Positions 1-11,918 of a stretch of DNA of 64,000 nucleotides are shown one piece after another (positions within the stretch are counted from its first letter, which is position 1; each line of letters begins with the position of its first letter). Both the position numbers and the translations under genes were made by a program. The notes beneath the pieces are model-generated. The model was not told the origin of the DNA and made no database searches. It saw only the letters and a list, made by a program, of their open reading frames with translations. The stretch covers positions 11,966,001 to 12,030,000 of the forward strand of contig NC_045138.2 in assembly GCF_008831285.2 (NCBI RefSeq), given 5' to 3'. This DNA comes from Nymphaea colorata. Taxonomy: Eukaryota.

Positions 1-529
1 CAGAAATGGCAGACTCGTTCCCTGCCAACTCATACAGTTTCTCTCCACTCATTGGCACGTCAACATGCCATTTCCTTGCAGCGGCGGTGAACACTTGAAG
101 GATACGCGGCAGAGGATTGCCGGACGGCTTGAAATGCCGGTACCTGAACGTGCCGGCAAGGAAGAGAAGCAAGGCCAAGGTCGCGGACCCGGTCGATGTC
201 CAGAACCCGAGGCTCCAGCTTCCAGAGTTCTCGAAGTAGGCCAATATGGTATTGGAGAAGAAAGAGCCTAAATTGAGTGCGAAGTAAAAGTAACTAAAGA
301 ATGATAACTTAGAGTGTGATTCCTTGGGGTCTTCTTCATCGAACTGGTCAGCTCCAAATGTTGCTATTGTTGGCTGGTACCCTCCATTCCCTAGGGCGAT
401 GAGATAGATGGAGAGATAAAACAGCCCATTTTCCCAAGAAGTGTGAGGCCGGCACTTGAGAGCTTCGTTGCCACAACCAGACGGCCTGATCAAGAACAAG
501 GAAGAACACAGTGACAAGAGAAGGAGGCC
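1..529 (-). CDS. NPF7.3: NRT1/PTR (NPF) family 7 transporter, coding exon 4 (runs off the window start)
   Basis: The minus strand from the AG acceptor at 531-530 reads GLLLLSLCSSLFLIRPSGCGNEALKCRPHTSWENGLFYLSIYLIALGNGGYQPTIATFGADQFDEEDPKESHSKLSFFSYFYFALNLGSFFSNTILAYFENSGSWSLGFW, with the canonical NPF7 motifs ALGNGGYQP, FGADQFD and FFSYFY. The subfamily is clear; the exact paralog (7.2 vs 7.3) is not. Confidence 0.93.
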
Positions 530-776
530 CTGTCCATCAATTAAGCACACCAACATAGCAAAGTTAGTATACGAACAAAACACAATAACAAAGAAAATAT
601 CACATCTAATTGCTTCGATTGATGAGAAGTTCAACAACTCCGACCTGGCTTAATTTTCCTATTTAAAGACAACAATTGGTGTCCTGATGACTGGGTTCCT
701 CAGTTGGGATCCCTTTTCATAATTACATGGGTAGAACATAAATAAAAAAGTGCCATAAAGCATCAGGAGTTCCTTA

Positions 777-940
777 GGATCTGTTTAGCAAATGGAACAG
801 TTCTTAATTGTTTTAAGAATCTACCCAAATTATCAAAATATATTCATGTAATACTTTAACAAGGATTTCATGATTTTACCCAACTTTTTTGGGCATATTC
901 ATGAAATACTTATAAACTATTTTTATTGTCAAACAGCTCC
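777..940. mobile_element. Tourist-like (PIF/Harbinger) MITE in the NPF intron
   Basis: Imperfect TIRs GGATCTGTTTAGCA / TGTCAAACAGCTCC, AT-rich interior, flanked by TTA / TTG. Confidence 0.45.
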
Positions 941-1636
941 TTGGCAGCCTTGTAGCTAACTGATGTCATAATCTGCATGGTTTATGGGAGAATGAAGTAG
1001 TACAAAAAAATGTCATGCTTCTTTTTATACTATGCTTATTTCAAGGAGTCATAGTGCACTAAGCAACAAGGTGGTCTACCTTGTAAAGGGAATTGAGTTA
1101 AAATTCTAGGGTGGCCGCTATCACAGTTAAAATTTTAGGGTGACCGCCATCACACCTCAATGAATTGCTATTTTGAATCATAATAGAGTTTGATAGCAAG
1201 TTCTGGGCACAAGAAGGACCAGAAGCCTTTCCTCGGAAGGGAGTGGAAAAACCCACTCATCATCCTTATTGAGAAGATAAAAAAAAGTGCAGCTAGTACC
1301 TTTTTATGCATATTGCGTATGGTTTCCACTTTTTTTTTATATTCCATATTCCTTTCAATATTTACTCAAAGAAAAAAAGGAGAAAGCTCCAAATTAATGG
1401 GCGTGCGTACGTGTCAGGATTTTGCACAGATCAGTCTTCTCGTTTAGATCAGATCGTAACATTCCTTGATCTGGGTACTGCATTTTCTTCTCCCTGGTAT
1501 ATTTTTCAAGCTTAATCGGCAGACGATACGCTAGTTTCAACTTTGATCTCTAGCCGAAAAGTTGAAAGGATTGATTAAAAAAGGAAAAACAATAAGCGAG
1601 AGGGAAGCTATATAAAATGGGAGAAGACGGACGTAC

Positions 1637-1854
1637 CACAACGAAGATGGCTTGGAAGATTGCACAGGTTTTGTATCTCCCCCAGTAGGCGTCGCTGAGG
1701 AAAGCACCGACGAGGGAGAATATGTAGACCGTCCCCGTCCATTTGCTCACGCTGTTGGCAGCCGCTGCGTTGCCCTGCTGCATCACCCTTGTCAGGAACA
1801 GCACCAGATTCACACCGACCCCGAAGAAGGCAAGCATCACAAGTCCTTGGTTCA
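1637..1854 (-). CDS. NPF7.3: NPF7 transporter, coding exon 3 (218 nt)
   Basis: Acceptor gggtag|TGAAC and donor GTG|gtacgt. Encodes (L)NQGLVMLAFFGVGVNLVLFLTRVMQQGNAAAANSVSKWTGTVYIFSLVGAFLSDAYWGRYKTCAIFQAIFVV. NQGL in place of the ExxER/K motif is typical of NPF7. Phases join correctly to the neighbouring exons. Confidence 0.95.
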
Positions 1855-2053
1855 CTACCCTCCAACCGAAAAAATATGTTCAAGAAAGAACAAGTAATCC
1901 AGCGTTTAGTTACAAAATCAAACTAAAACCCCAAGATTTTTCCTTTCTTTTTGTTTTGTTTATCAATCAGAAACCACCAACGTGTAGTGATCTAGAAAGC
2001 AACAGGCGATAGAGGTGGTTAACAAGGCAGAGGCGCCTTTGGAAGACACTTAC

Positions 2054-2231
2054 GAAGTAACAGGATTCCGGACACCCATCCTCCGGTGAGTTCCCTTATG
2101 GCCGGCCGTCCGCGCAGATCAACAGATCCATCCTTGGTGACATGACCATCGCTCTTGAGCACCATCTTGCCTGCATTCTCTGCCACCTCAGTTCCAGTCC
2201 GATTCACTTCAAAGTCGCTGGAGCTCACAAC
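2054..2231 (-). CDS. NPF7.3: NPF7 transporter, coding exon 2
   Basis: Acceptor gcacag|GTT and donor C|gtaagt. Encodes VVSSSDFEVN...HVTKDGSVDLRGRPAIRELTGGWVSGILLL, containing the NPF N-terminal T.DGSVD..G.P....TG.W motif. Confidence 0.9.
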
Positions 2232-2418
2232 CTGTGCAGCATGACGCCAAGAACAAGCAGATATCGGCACGCTATGGAGGACGATACGGAAAGAAAGATA
2301 ACCGACTATTTTTAGGCGAGAGTCTAAGATGTGCTCTACGATGGAATCTCAAAAAGATCGTTTGGAAATTGCTAGCTGTTCTTTTTTTTCTTTTTCCTTT
2401 TTTCTAGAGTACTGGTAC

Positions 2419-2442
2419 CTTCGAACTCTCCAGTGACTTCAT
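2419..2442 (-). CDS. NPF7.3: NPF7 transporter, 24-nt first coding segment (MKSLESSK)
   Basis: ATG AAG TCA CTG GAG AGT TCG AAG|gtacc gives a phase-0 join to exon 2; an acceptor (ttttcag) lies upstream at 2463-2462. Confidence 0.7.
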
Positions 2443-3254
2443 TGGATCGCCAATTCCTCGCCTGAAAAGAGTAGATCAGATGAAATAATCGGCTGGCTTC
2501 TTGTTCGGTCCTGCAAATTGGTTTTTAAGATTTTAATGCAAGATAAACAGTACTTCTTAAAAGTCCTCTGTATTATGTTCATCGATCTTCTAACTCGAAT
2601 AAGAAAGTAACCAACTTTCTTTAAAATTTAGAAAGCAGACTAAGTTCTCAGTAAATAGGGATCTAGTTTCTGCTACTACTGATTAGTGCTCATTAACATG
2701 AACCACGTTCCAGCCTTCAGTGTTTCAGCTTTGGGTTCACATTGTATGTTTACATGCAAAATTTTTCTATCTCTACTTCTAGTAGAAAACTACTATATAC
2801 ATGCAAAATTTTTTGCTCTTTGCATATGGACCGTACTTCTAATGGAGGATACCACATCAACCATCGACCGCGTTTCCGCTGATCAGCTGATCTGATAAGC
2901 GCCAATGGCGAGTACACGTGGTCAAGAACCAGACACAGTGGGATTGGAGCACAGACAACCAGCCAGCCACTAAGCTCTGGTTGGTGGCTCGCGCATGAGT
3001 ACTGAGTAGGGGCCCAGGCCTGCCTGGTGATTCCTCGAATTAATCGGCAGCCATGAGGGCGATTACTCGGCTGCGAGCGCAGTTGAGATAATGGAGCAGG
3101 GAGGGAATCCCGGAAAAGGAGAACGACTGAGTCGGGCTTCCATGCACCATATAGGAAGGAACCACGTCTCCCTTCTCTCCGAGAACACCTCTCCCTTAAC
3201 TTCTCGCAGTGCAAAAGACGCATAAGGTGGAGAGAGGGAGAGAGAGAGCGCTTA

Positions 3255-3373
3255 CGATGGGAAAGAGGCTAAGAGCCTGAGGAAGAACGCAGTAATTTTC
3301 TTCCTTTGGTGGTGGCGTAGAAGGGGAGGGAGTCGGAGTAAAAGGGGTGGCAGCAATGGTTGAATATATATAG
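3255..3373 (-). promoter_or_regulatory. Probable core promoter and non-coding first exon of the NPF gene
   Basis: Minus-strand CTATATATA at 3373-3365, a pyrimidine-rich leader, then donor C|GTAAG at 3255 followed by a CT-rich tract. This implies a 5' UTR intron spanning 3255-2462. Confidence 0.55.
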
Positions 3374-3818
3374 GGCAAGAGAGAAGAGGTGTCACTTTCA
3401 CCTTTTCTTCCAAGGGAGAGAGTGAACCAGGGGAATGGAGCCGGGCGAATGAGGAAATTGTAAAGGAAAAAGGAGAGGAGGGAGTCTGTGGCACATACAA
3501 CTCAGTCACACTCTGTGATTATAGCGTCTGCAATGAAGCCCCAGGGCAGACGTAACCTCAGGAATCAATCCATTAGCTGCTTCTGTCATCTTTGTATTAC
3601 ATGGGATGCAGCAATAGCAGAGGGTGAACAGTGCGCCTTTCTTTCTTTGTCTGCTTCTCCTTCGTTCCTTGTTTTAGGAACTTACCTTTGAGCCACCAGC
3701 GTGAGCGCAATTTGGTGTTTGGAACTTAATTTGGACAAGTAATTTGGTTGGTAGGTCTTGGGAGGGCCACAGTGAGTTTCTTCTGGTTTTTTGCTGCAAC
3801 GATCATTTAGAGAAGCTG

Positions 3819-3819
<1 letters not shown>

Positions 3820-3849
<30 letters not shown>
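3820..3849. repeat. (TA)n microsatellite
   Basis: Perfect TA run. Confidence 0.95.
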
Positions 3850-3851
<2 letters not shown>

Positions 3852-4298
3852 CAGATTTCAATATATATAACAGAGATAGAGCTTGCTATATCTGTGCCGC
3901 GATGGTTTTTTAGATTAAGTGTTGTTAAAGGCTGTTGCAAAAAGTGTGTTAAGGAAAATTAGTTGCCTTGCTACAGTTTTTTAGCAGCAAAATGTACTAT
4001 TTGCAACTCTTTTTTACGATTAAAAAAAATAAAAAAAGCATCAAGCTATAGATGTAGCCAATTGATTTCAAATCTATATACATATTTCCTGAATGGTGAC
4101 TCTAAAACTATTGACACCAGGAACCATTTGATGGATGGTTGACAAAAAAAACAAGGACAATGAAGTGTGAACTGCTGCTATGTTATTAAAACATTCATCA
4201 CTGTTTTCTCGTTATTTTTCTCTTAATTCACCATTAGATAGATCAAAGAGACTAGATTTAGCATTCATTAGTTTTAGAGTCTCAATTCAAAACTCAAA

Positions 4299-4303
<5 letters not shown>

Positions 4304-4374
<71 letters not shown>
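4304..4374. repeat. (AT)n microsatellite
   Basis: Perfect AT run of about 35 units. Confidence 0.95.
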
Positions 4375-4377
<3 letters not shown>

Positions 4378-6728
4378 TCTTTTCCTTTTTTTGGATTTGT
4401 GTAAGGTTGACACCACTTATCACATTGAGAGCATCAAACTGTTATCAAATATATAGTGAATATAGTATTCATTGTTCATACCAAACAGCTGTCTTTTTTT
4501 TTTTTTGGCTAATCTTTTGCGACTGCAAGCTGGCAGGCCACTAATTGGAAAGGCTTACATATGCCCCCTGCCTGTCGGGCATGACTGTTATTTCCTTTGT
4601 AATAAAATTGGTCCATTTTCTTTCTTTCTTTCTCTTTTTTTTATTTTTTTCTAATGAGAGGATTGGTTCTTTCTTTTTGAGAGAGTGAGAAGCACTTTAC
4701 CATCAAGTACAGTAACAGACAAACATCAACGAGAAAAGGTGAGTCCAAAATGGCTAAAAAAATGGATAGGCGTACATAAGAGATCCAAGATAAAATGATA
4801 AAAGGATTAACTTGCTATAATGCAAAGCATGTGACAATAAAATTAGTTTTAAAAAAACAACCTAATATTTCAACACCTGTGGGGCCTCAGCTAAGAATAT
4901 ATGAAGAATTACTCAGGTAATGAAATTAAAATTAAGTAAAAAAGGAATCATTTAATGGAAGAAAAAAAATTAGGTAAAATGAAAGAAAGGACCCGACTCT
5001 CTTAAATGTTAGGAAAGATGCCCTCTCCAACTTTTGCAATTTAAGAAGAAGAGCAGGAAACAAAACACCCAAGAATACAAACAAAACACGCAAAAACACA
5101 AACATTAGTATCAAGGGAAATAGTATAACTGGTCGGGTTATAAGTTTGTATAAAGGCAAGTCTCTAGTTTGATTCCTTTGAGTGTTATGTTTCTGTGTCT
5201 TAAGGTGATAGGACGCGACATCCAAGTTAAAAGGTACACCGTTGCTATTGCTATCATCGACGCAGCTCAAGACCCCAAAAATAGGGGGAATGGGGGGCCT
5301 TTGAGCCTTTTTCAAGAGGTGAGATTAATACATGTCGCAAACATTTATCTCAGAAAGACCAAAGTCTACCAAAATCTACAAACGCACTCAATATCCATTA
5401 TTTCTAAAAAAAAAAATTGGAAAACAATTGAAGTGACTGTGACCCTAATCATGCTAGTTTTAAATATTTTTTACAAAAGTTGAAATATCATTTTTCAAAA
5501 TTTTTATATACAATAAATGATTTTAAAAAAAAAACGATATGTAAATTAAAAAACGCTCTTCAGCGGAAATTTTTATATAAAATAAATAATTTTTTAAAAA
5601 AATGATATGTAAATTAAAAAAAAAACACTCTTGGCTGTGCCCTTGACCCTAATAAAGCAGGACTTCAGGTTAACATGTAAAGGAGAAATTACTAAGATGC
5701 CCCCACCATATTAAGGGAAAAACGGATCCGCGTAAAACTGTATCCGACCAAATTGCGGTCAGATTTGGCGCTCCAACATTAGTTCAAATGGGAATAGAAT
5801 TAATGTTTTCTCACAGAATAGGCGGACAATCAGCAACTTTGTCTACTTCAATAAGCAACCACAATAACATTGTGCCTGTTTCTCTCTAAGGATCTTCATA
5901 TATATGTGACTACCTTATCTATTGGTAGACCACAAATCGTTAGTTTTGGAGGTTAAATTATTTTTAATCTCCAAGACCTCCTAAAGGACCAACCTACCAT
6001 TTTGGTTGCAATTTAATAATTTTGTCAATGAATGCTTAACTTTTACTTAATAAATATACTATGTTTAAAGACCTTAGCTCAAACTATGGAATATAAAATG
6101 TTCAAACTTGAAATGTGCCTTCCTTTGGGGCCAACCTGGTTGGTGTTGATCAATTCACCAGCAGAGTGGAAATGCCTAGGATTTGCCCGAATCTTGCTAG
6201 AAGTTCCCCTCAATTTTGTGCCGGTGGGAGAAGTAGAACTTGAGGAGGGGGTAGAGGCATCTCCCAAGAAATCAAATACAAGTTGAAAGTCTGGTTCTGC
6301 TCAGATTGTGGCTTCACCACTCATTCCTCTTCCTCCTGCAACCTGGGTCGGAACGGTCCAGAAGATGGCAGGAAAGATGAAGATGAGTTGTCTCAAGTCA
6401 AGATCACGGCAAGGAAAACTAGGCGGCCACGGTTATCCCCTCCTGCCCATCCCCTCTCCAACCGATTTCAATCCCTTTTAATGAGGCCCACGAGGAGGTT
6501 TTGGGGGCTGTAGCAGCAGGGGCTTGAAGACAGAAACCCCCTCCACCACTCACCTTCTATTGGGAAGCTAGAGGCCTCGGAGGAGATTTCAGTGAAGTCT
6601 CGCACAGGGCCAGTAGACAACCCCAACCCAAAGTTCCGCAACAATAGTGACATGCCCCTGAATGGCTGCCCCATTGCGTCAAAGCAATCTTTCAGTCGCA
6701 GCCTGGGGGAGAAAGTGATGGTGGTCCA

Positions 6729-7169
6729 TGTTAATAATCATGGAGTAGGAGAAAACGGAGAAACAAGAGTTTAAAGAGACAAAAAGCACACGCGATTACG
6801 TGGTTTGGCATTACTGCCTACATCCACGAGGGAAGGAGACGGGCTTCATTATGTGATCGTTGCTCTGTGTTGCATGCCCTTTGTTACATTCTCGTTTTAA
6901 AGACAAAGGGATAAGGATGAGAGAGAAGGAGACGGGCTTCATTATGTGATCGTTGCTCTGTGTTGCATGCCCTTTGTTACATTCTCGTTTTAAAGACAAA
7001 GGGATAAGGATGAGAGAGAAGGATAACAATTACTGAGCCAGCTCGAATAACTCGAGAGGCAACCTATCCCACCAATCTCGGTAACCAGATCAGTTGCCTA
7101 TATTGTTTCAACAGATTTGACCGAGTGCATATTCATGCTTGCCACACCTCCATCCATAATAAGTGAACA
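6729..7169. mobile_element. Solo LTR inserted in LINE ORF1
   Basis: Termini TGTT...AACA with a perfect 5-bp TSD GTCCA (6724-6728 and 7170-7174). Contains a GATTACGTGGTTTGGC..TGCCTACATCCAC motif of the kind seen in copia LTRs. Confidence 0.75.
6832..7023. repeat. 93-bp perfect tandem duplication within the solo LTR
   Basis: Copies start at 6832 and 6925. Confidence 0.95.
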
Positions 7170-8303
7170 GTCCACATCCCTCCCCCCAACAAGAAGGGAA
7201 AGAGGAGACCAGTGGTTCTTTCAACCGCGTCTTTTCGTAGTTTGATCAATGAATAGGACATGAAAAACAAGGGGTTTGAAGAGTAAGGACGTCAACTCTC
7301 ACATGAAGAGAGTGGGGACTCTTGACAAAGGCGAGGTACTGAAGGAAATCCTTGGCCCAACCAAACGAAAAGGAGGACATGGACATTTGCAGCGAATCCC
7401 TGCAAGGCACTGTCGCTGACCCACTCTTTACAGATTTGGTTGATGACTGGAAAGGTTGCTGCTCGCAGCACCATAGTCCATGTCGATAGATGGGCCAAAC
7501 AAGGAGAACATTCCTTTGAAGGACAGGCCTTGGTCAGGTAATGCTAATGGCTCTGCCCCCTTTTATTTTTTGTTCTATGCTATTCTTAACTGGAATGTGT
7601 GTGGTCTAGTGAGCAAAAGCCTCACAGCATGATCTGTGCGTAGTTTTCGAAGACTTAAGGCCAAATGTGGTAGTTCTAGTTGATACCAAACAGAACGTTG
7701 ACATCCTCCGTAAATTTTTCCAGCAATTTCCTGAATTCTGCATGATTGCTAGCCTAGTTGTGGAAGGATTGTGTGCTCATATTCTTATCTTGTGGAACGC
7801 CCTGGTTAGCCTTGTAGAGTTTGACATGCATCTTCACTGGGTAGACTGTAAATTCCCTTTACTCTCTTCATGTGTGACTTTTGGTGCTACTGGGACATAC
7901 CTGAATCCCGACTTCCCCGTACAAAAGCACTCCTTTAAATCTCTCAACGCAACTCTCCATCAAAAGACAATTCCTTGTGTTTGCATTGGAGATTTTAACT
8001 CTATTCTTATTGATGAAGAGAATTCCGGTAGGGCCCCTGCCACAGCTGCTTAGTTAGCTTTTGCCAGGTTCATCCAAGACAGTGAGATGATTGAGATAAC
8101 GGACCTCAACCACAATTTTTCTTAGTCAAACAACTGCACAAGGGACGCAAATGTCATGAGTTACATCAACAGATGTTTCATCAACAAAGCATGGGCTGAG
8201 GGGTTGCAGCACTCAGTTAGCCTATCCATTCTACCAGAGCAACCTTAGATCATTGCCTCCTCCACTTCCAAGCCAATGAAAGATCAATTGAGTGGTTGGG
8301 CGA

Positions 8304-9338
8304 TAAGGGTGAACAACGAACGAGTAACTCGAACTCGGTTCGTTAAAGCTCGGCTCGAACTCAAGTTCGAGCCAGCTTCTCTACTCAATGAGTCGAGAAC
8401 GAGTTGCTGCTTCAGCTCGTTTATTTATTGAGTCGAGTTCGAGTTTGTTTAACAAAACTTGATTAACACAACTCGGCTTGTTAGCTCGAGTAACAAAGCT
8501 CGTCACTTTCCTCTTTCGAGTAACGAAGCCCGTCACTTTCCTCTTTTTTTTTTCTCTCTCTTCACTGGCTTTCTCCTTCCATCGATGCTCCGTCACTTTC
8601 CTATTTTTTGTCTCTCTTCAGTCTTCACTGCTTTCTCCTTTCGACCACCGATTCTCCATTCTTCAAACTGGAGGCGCTAAGGTACAATTTCTTCTCTCGA
8701 CCTCCTATCCCTCTACTCTCCCATTCTATCTTCCCCTCTTCAATCTCTCTCTCATTTTGCCCAAGCCTCTCCCTCTAGTCTTCCCTTCTCTCTCTCCCTC
8801 TCTGATCTCACACTCTCCCTCATTTTGCCAAAGGGAAGCTTTCAACCCTCGATTGGGGCTTTCTGAAACCTTCGATTGGGACAAGGTTTTGCCCAAGTGA
8901 GGGTTTCACTCACTCCCTCGATTGGGGCTTTCTGAAACCTTCGATTGGGACGAGGTTTTGCCCAAGCGAGGGTTTCACTCACTCCCTCGCTTGGGCAGGC
9001 GAGGGTTTTAGAAACCCTCGCTTGAAGCCCTTGTGTTGGGTGAGGGTTCCTCCCTTGCTGGGCGAGGGCTTTCGAAACTGTGGGTTCCGGGTGAGGAAGA
9101 AGCAAGCCCTCGAAACCGTGGGTTCCGGGTGGGGAAGAAGCAGGTGACACTGTGGGGGGGTGGCAAAGCAGTGAGAGAGACGAGTTTGGCGAGCCTTATC
9201 GAGCTCGAGTTCGAGCTCAACAAATTCTGCCGAGTCAGGCTGGAACTACATCAGTCGAGTTATTCTCGAGCTCGAGCTTGAGGTTTCATTAGTCGAGCCG
9301 AGCTCGAGCCAGGTGAACTCGGCTCGTGTTCACCCCTA
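8304..9338. mobile_element. Non-autonomous hAT-type element (1035 bp)
   Basis: TIRs TAAGGGTGAACA / TGTTCACCCCTA, perfect 8-bp TSD TTGGGCGA (8296-8303 and 9339-9346), CGAG/CTCG subterminal motifs, and an internal ~69-bp repeat at 8846 and 8915. Confidence 0.9.
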
Positions 9339-9563
9339 TTGGGCGACTATATCTTTCGATTCCATTAATGTTGGCTCCATGACATTCAATGTCTAGAGCT
9401 CATCTAGAATGTTTGGACCCACAAGTGTCATGGCTGGCCTATGATTCAGGTCATGGAGAAGTTAGCTGCAGTGAAGCGCACCTTCATGTCGAGAATGAAG
9501 TATCAGATCAGTCACCTTTTCCAGCAGACTAGCAATGTGTGCCAAAACCTGAGCCGTTGGCAG

Positions 9564-11186
9564 CAATGTTATCCATATCGTACGATACGCACGTGTATCG
9601 TACTATACGTATCGTATAGGCCTAAAAAACCTATACGATATGCTTACGATACACGATACGCTCGTGTATCGTAAGCGTATCGCCCGTAACGTACGATACG
9701 GACACCGTATTCATACGATACAGGCGATACACCCCCGTATCGTACGATACAGGGAAAAACACAAAATTTTTTAATTTTTAAAGTTTAAACACTCCTCCCT
9801 CTCTTTCTTCTTGTATTTAAGGACTCCAAAAGACGTGGGAGGGAGAGATTTTGCCCATTTTCATAAAAAATAACCGATGATTCATCGATTTGGGGAGATA
9901 TTATCGTTGAATCATGAAAGTTGATAACTATATGTTTTGAACTTATGAAATTGTGATGTATTCTAAGTCCTAAGACTCCAAGTCTTAAGACTCTAAGTCC
10001 TAAGTTTCTATAAAATTTTCAAGTTTAAAATTGTGATGGATGCTTATTATGTTATTTTGAATCTCTGATTTCTTATTTTTGAATGTGTTGTCGATACACA
10101 TGAATGTTCCTTATGTATGATGACCTATGTCACACGGATACGGCAGACTGGGTCGAATACCGGTGTCGACACGCGGACACGGGGATCCCGACACGGCGAT
10201 ACGGCTGGATACGTTTTGGATCGGGTATGGGTCAGACCCGATCCAAACCACTTGCATAACCGATTTTTTAACCCGCGTTTTGTTTTACACATTGACATTT
10301 ACCCTCGATGCTCGACCTTCGTTTACCCTCGACGGCTTCCGCGGCAGGCTGGCAGCACAGTAAGGCAATGGCGGGTGACGGCGACCTCCGGCGATCGACG
10401 GCGACTTCCGGTGGCGCCCGGCGGCAGCCAGCGACAGACAGGTAAGTGTTTTGTCTATTATTTTCGATAATAGAAGTTAGGGTTTCAACTTTTATTTGGG
10501 GATTTTTTAGATTGGGTATTAAAATCTGATTTGGGGATGTTTTGGTTTGAAGATTGGACGGTTTAGAATCCTATTCTTCAATGCTACGTGCGATGTTTTC
10601 TTTTCTTTGTTTGATTTTGGGATTTGGGGATTTTGCCTTCGCTGTTGTTCATGATGCTAGACAATGATGAATATGTGATATCTAGATGGCATTAACATAT
10701 AATTTACCATTCTTGAATGTTCCTGTTCACTATTCACTTCAGCCTTCGCTATTGTTCATGTTTCTTGCTTATGTCTTAGCAGTTATCACTTTTGAGATTG
10801 GTGATGAACAATGTTTTGTTTGAGACTTTCTTTATTATCATTTTTAATTTTTTTGAATATAATATTCGCTGTATCCACGTATCCTAAAATTTTGAAAATG
10901 CCGTGTCCCCGTACCCGTACCCATATCCATAGGATACCCGTACCCATATCCATAGGATACCCGTACCCGTATCCGTGTGACATAGATGATGACCTTTTTG
11001 ATATTTGAAAACATTTTTCTTGATTTCTGATTTTTTGTTTATTTTTTCAAATTTTTAATGATTTTTTTCAATTTTTCTGATTTTTTAATATTTTTTTAAT
11101 TAAAAAATTAATTTTACGATACGTTACGATACGGCGTATAGGTCGGCCCGACCGATACGCGATACGCTACGCCAATGATAACATTG
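9564..11186. mobile_element. Non-autonomous hAT-type element (CGATAC-motif family) containing a nested element
   Basis: TIRs CAATGTTATC / GATAACATTG, TSD GTTGGCAG / GTTGGCAA, and dense CGATAC/GTATCG subterminal repeats at both ends. Confidence 0.85.
10125..10985. mobile_element. Young non-autonomous hAT-type element nested in the previous one (861 bp)
   Basis: Perfect 19-bp TIRs CTATGTCACACGGATACGG / CCGTATCCGTGTGACATAG and perfect 8-bp TSD ATGATGAC (10117-10124 and 10986-10993). Confidence 0.93.
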
Positions 11187-11682
11187 GTTGGCAACATGAG
11201 GAGGAGGAGGAGGCCTCAATGCCCATTTCAATGGCATCATAGGCCGTGAGAAGTTAAAGTGGCTACTTCTCTTGGAGAAAAACTATTGGAACAAAAAATC
11301 GTGCATCAAATGGCTATAGCTGGTGATGCAAATACCAAATTCTTCCACAAGCTCATTAACAACAAGAGATGCAAGAATAAAATCACTGTCATAGAGGTTG
11401 ACAGTTGGTGTTATGATGAAGGCTCCCAGATTTTTGTAGTTCTGCACCTCATACTTCGAAGATCTGTTTAGCAGAGACATCCGCTCAGGTCAGCTTCTCC
11501 ATGGCCTCCATGCGCTTACTCTACAGAGAGCACGAGGAGAGCCTCTTCCACATATTTTTGAACTGTCCTAAATCCAAAAGAATTTAGAAATTTGTGACCA
11601 AGCAATTTGGGAAACAAGGCATACCTTAGTACACTCTTATAGAAAGCCTAAAATTGTGGATGAATGTATAGTTCACTAAAAA

Positions 11683-11918
11683 GGCTCTTTTGAGGTGCTG
11701 GCGTTTTGCTTTCACCTGGTGGTTTGGTGGATTTGGAGACATAGAAATGAACTCAAACACCAACACCCACTACATGCACTCGCATAGGCCTGAGCTGTTG
11801 GCTCTTTTGAGGTGCTGACATTTTTGCTTTCACCTGGTGGTTTGGTGGATTTGGAGACATAGAAATGAACTCAAACACCAACACCCACTACATGCACTCG
11901 CATAGGCCTGAGCTGTTG
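11683..11918. repeat. ~117-bp tandem duplication in the LINE 3' region
   Basis: Near-identical copies start at 11683 and 11800. Confidence 0.9.

Noticed and set aside
4900..5400. Partner LTR of the element at 16164
   Set aside because: Only a short shared motif (TAGGAC..GACATCC) and similar A-rich composition; no extended identity or TSD.
8381..11008. Short ORFs within the hAT-type elements
   Set aside because: They arise from repeated subterminal motifs and show no transposase signature.
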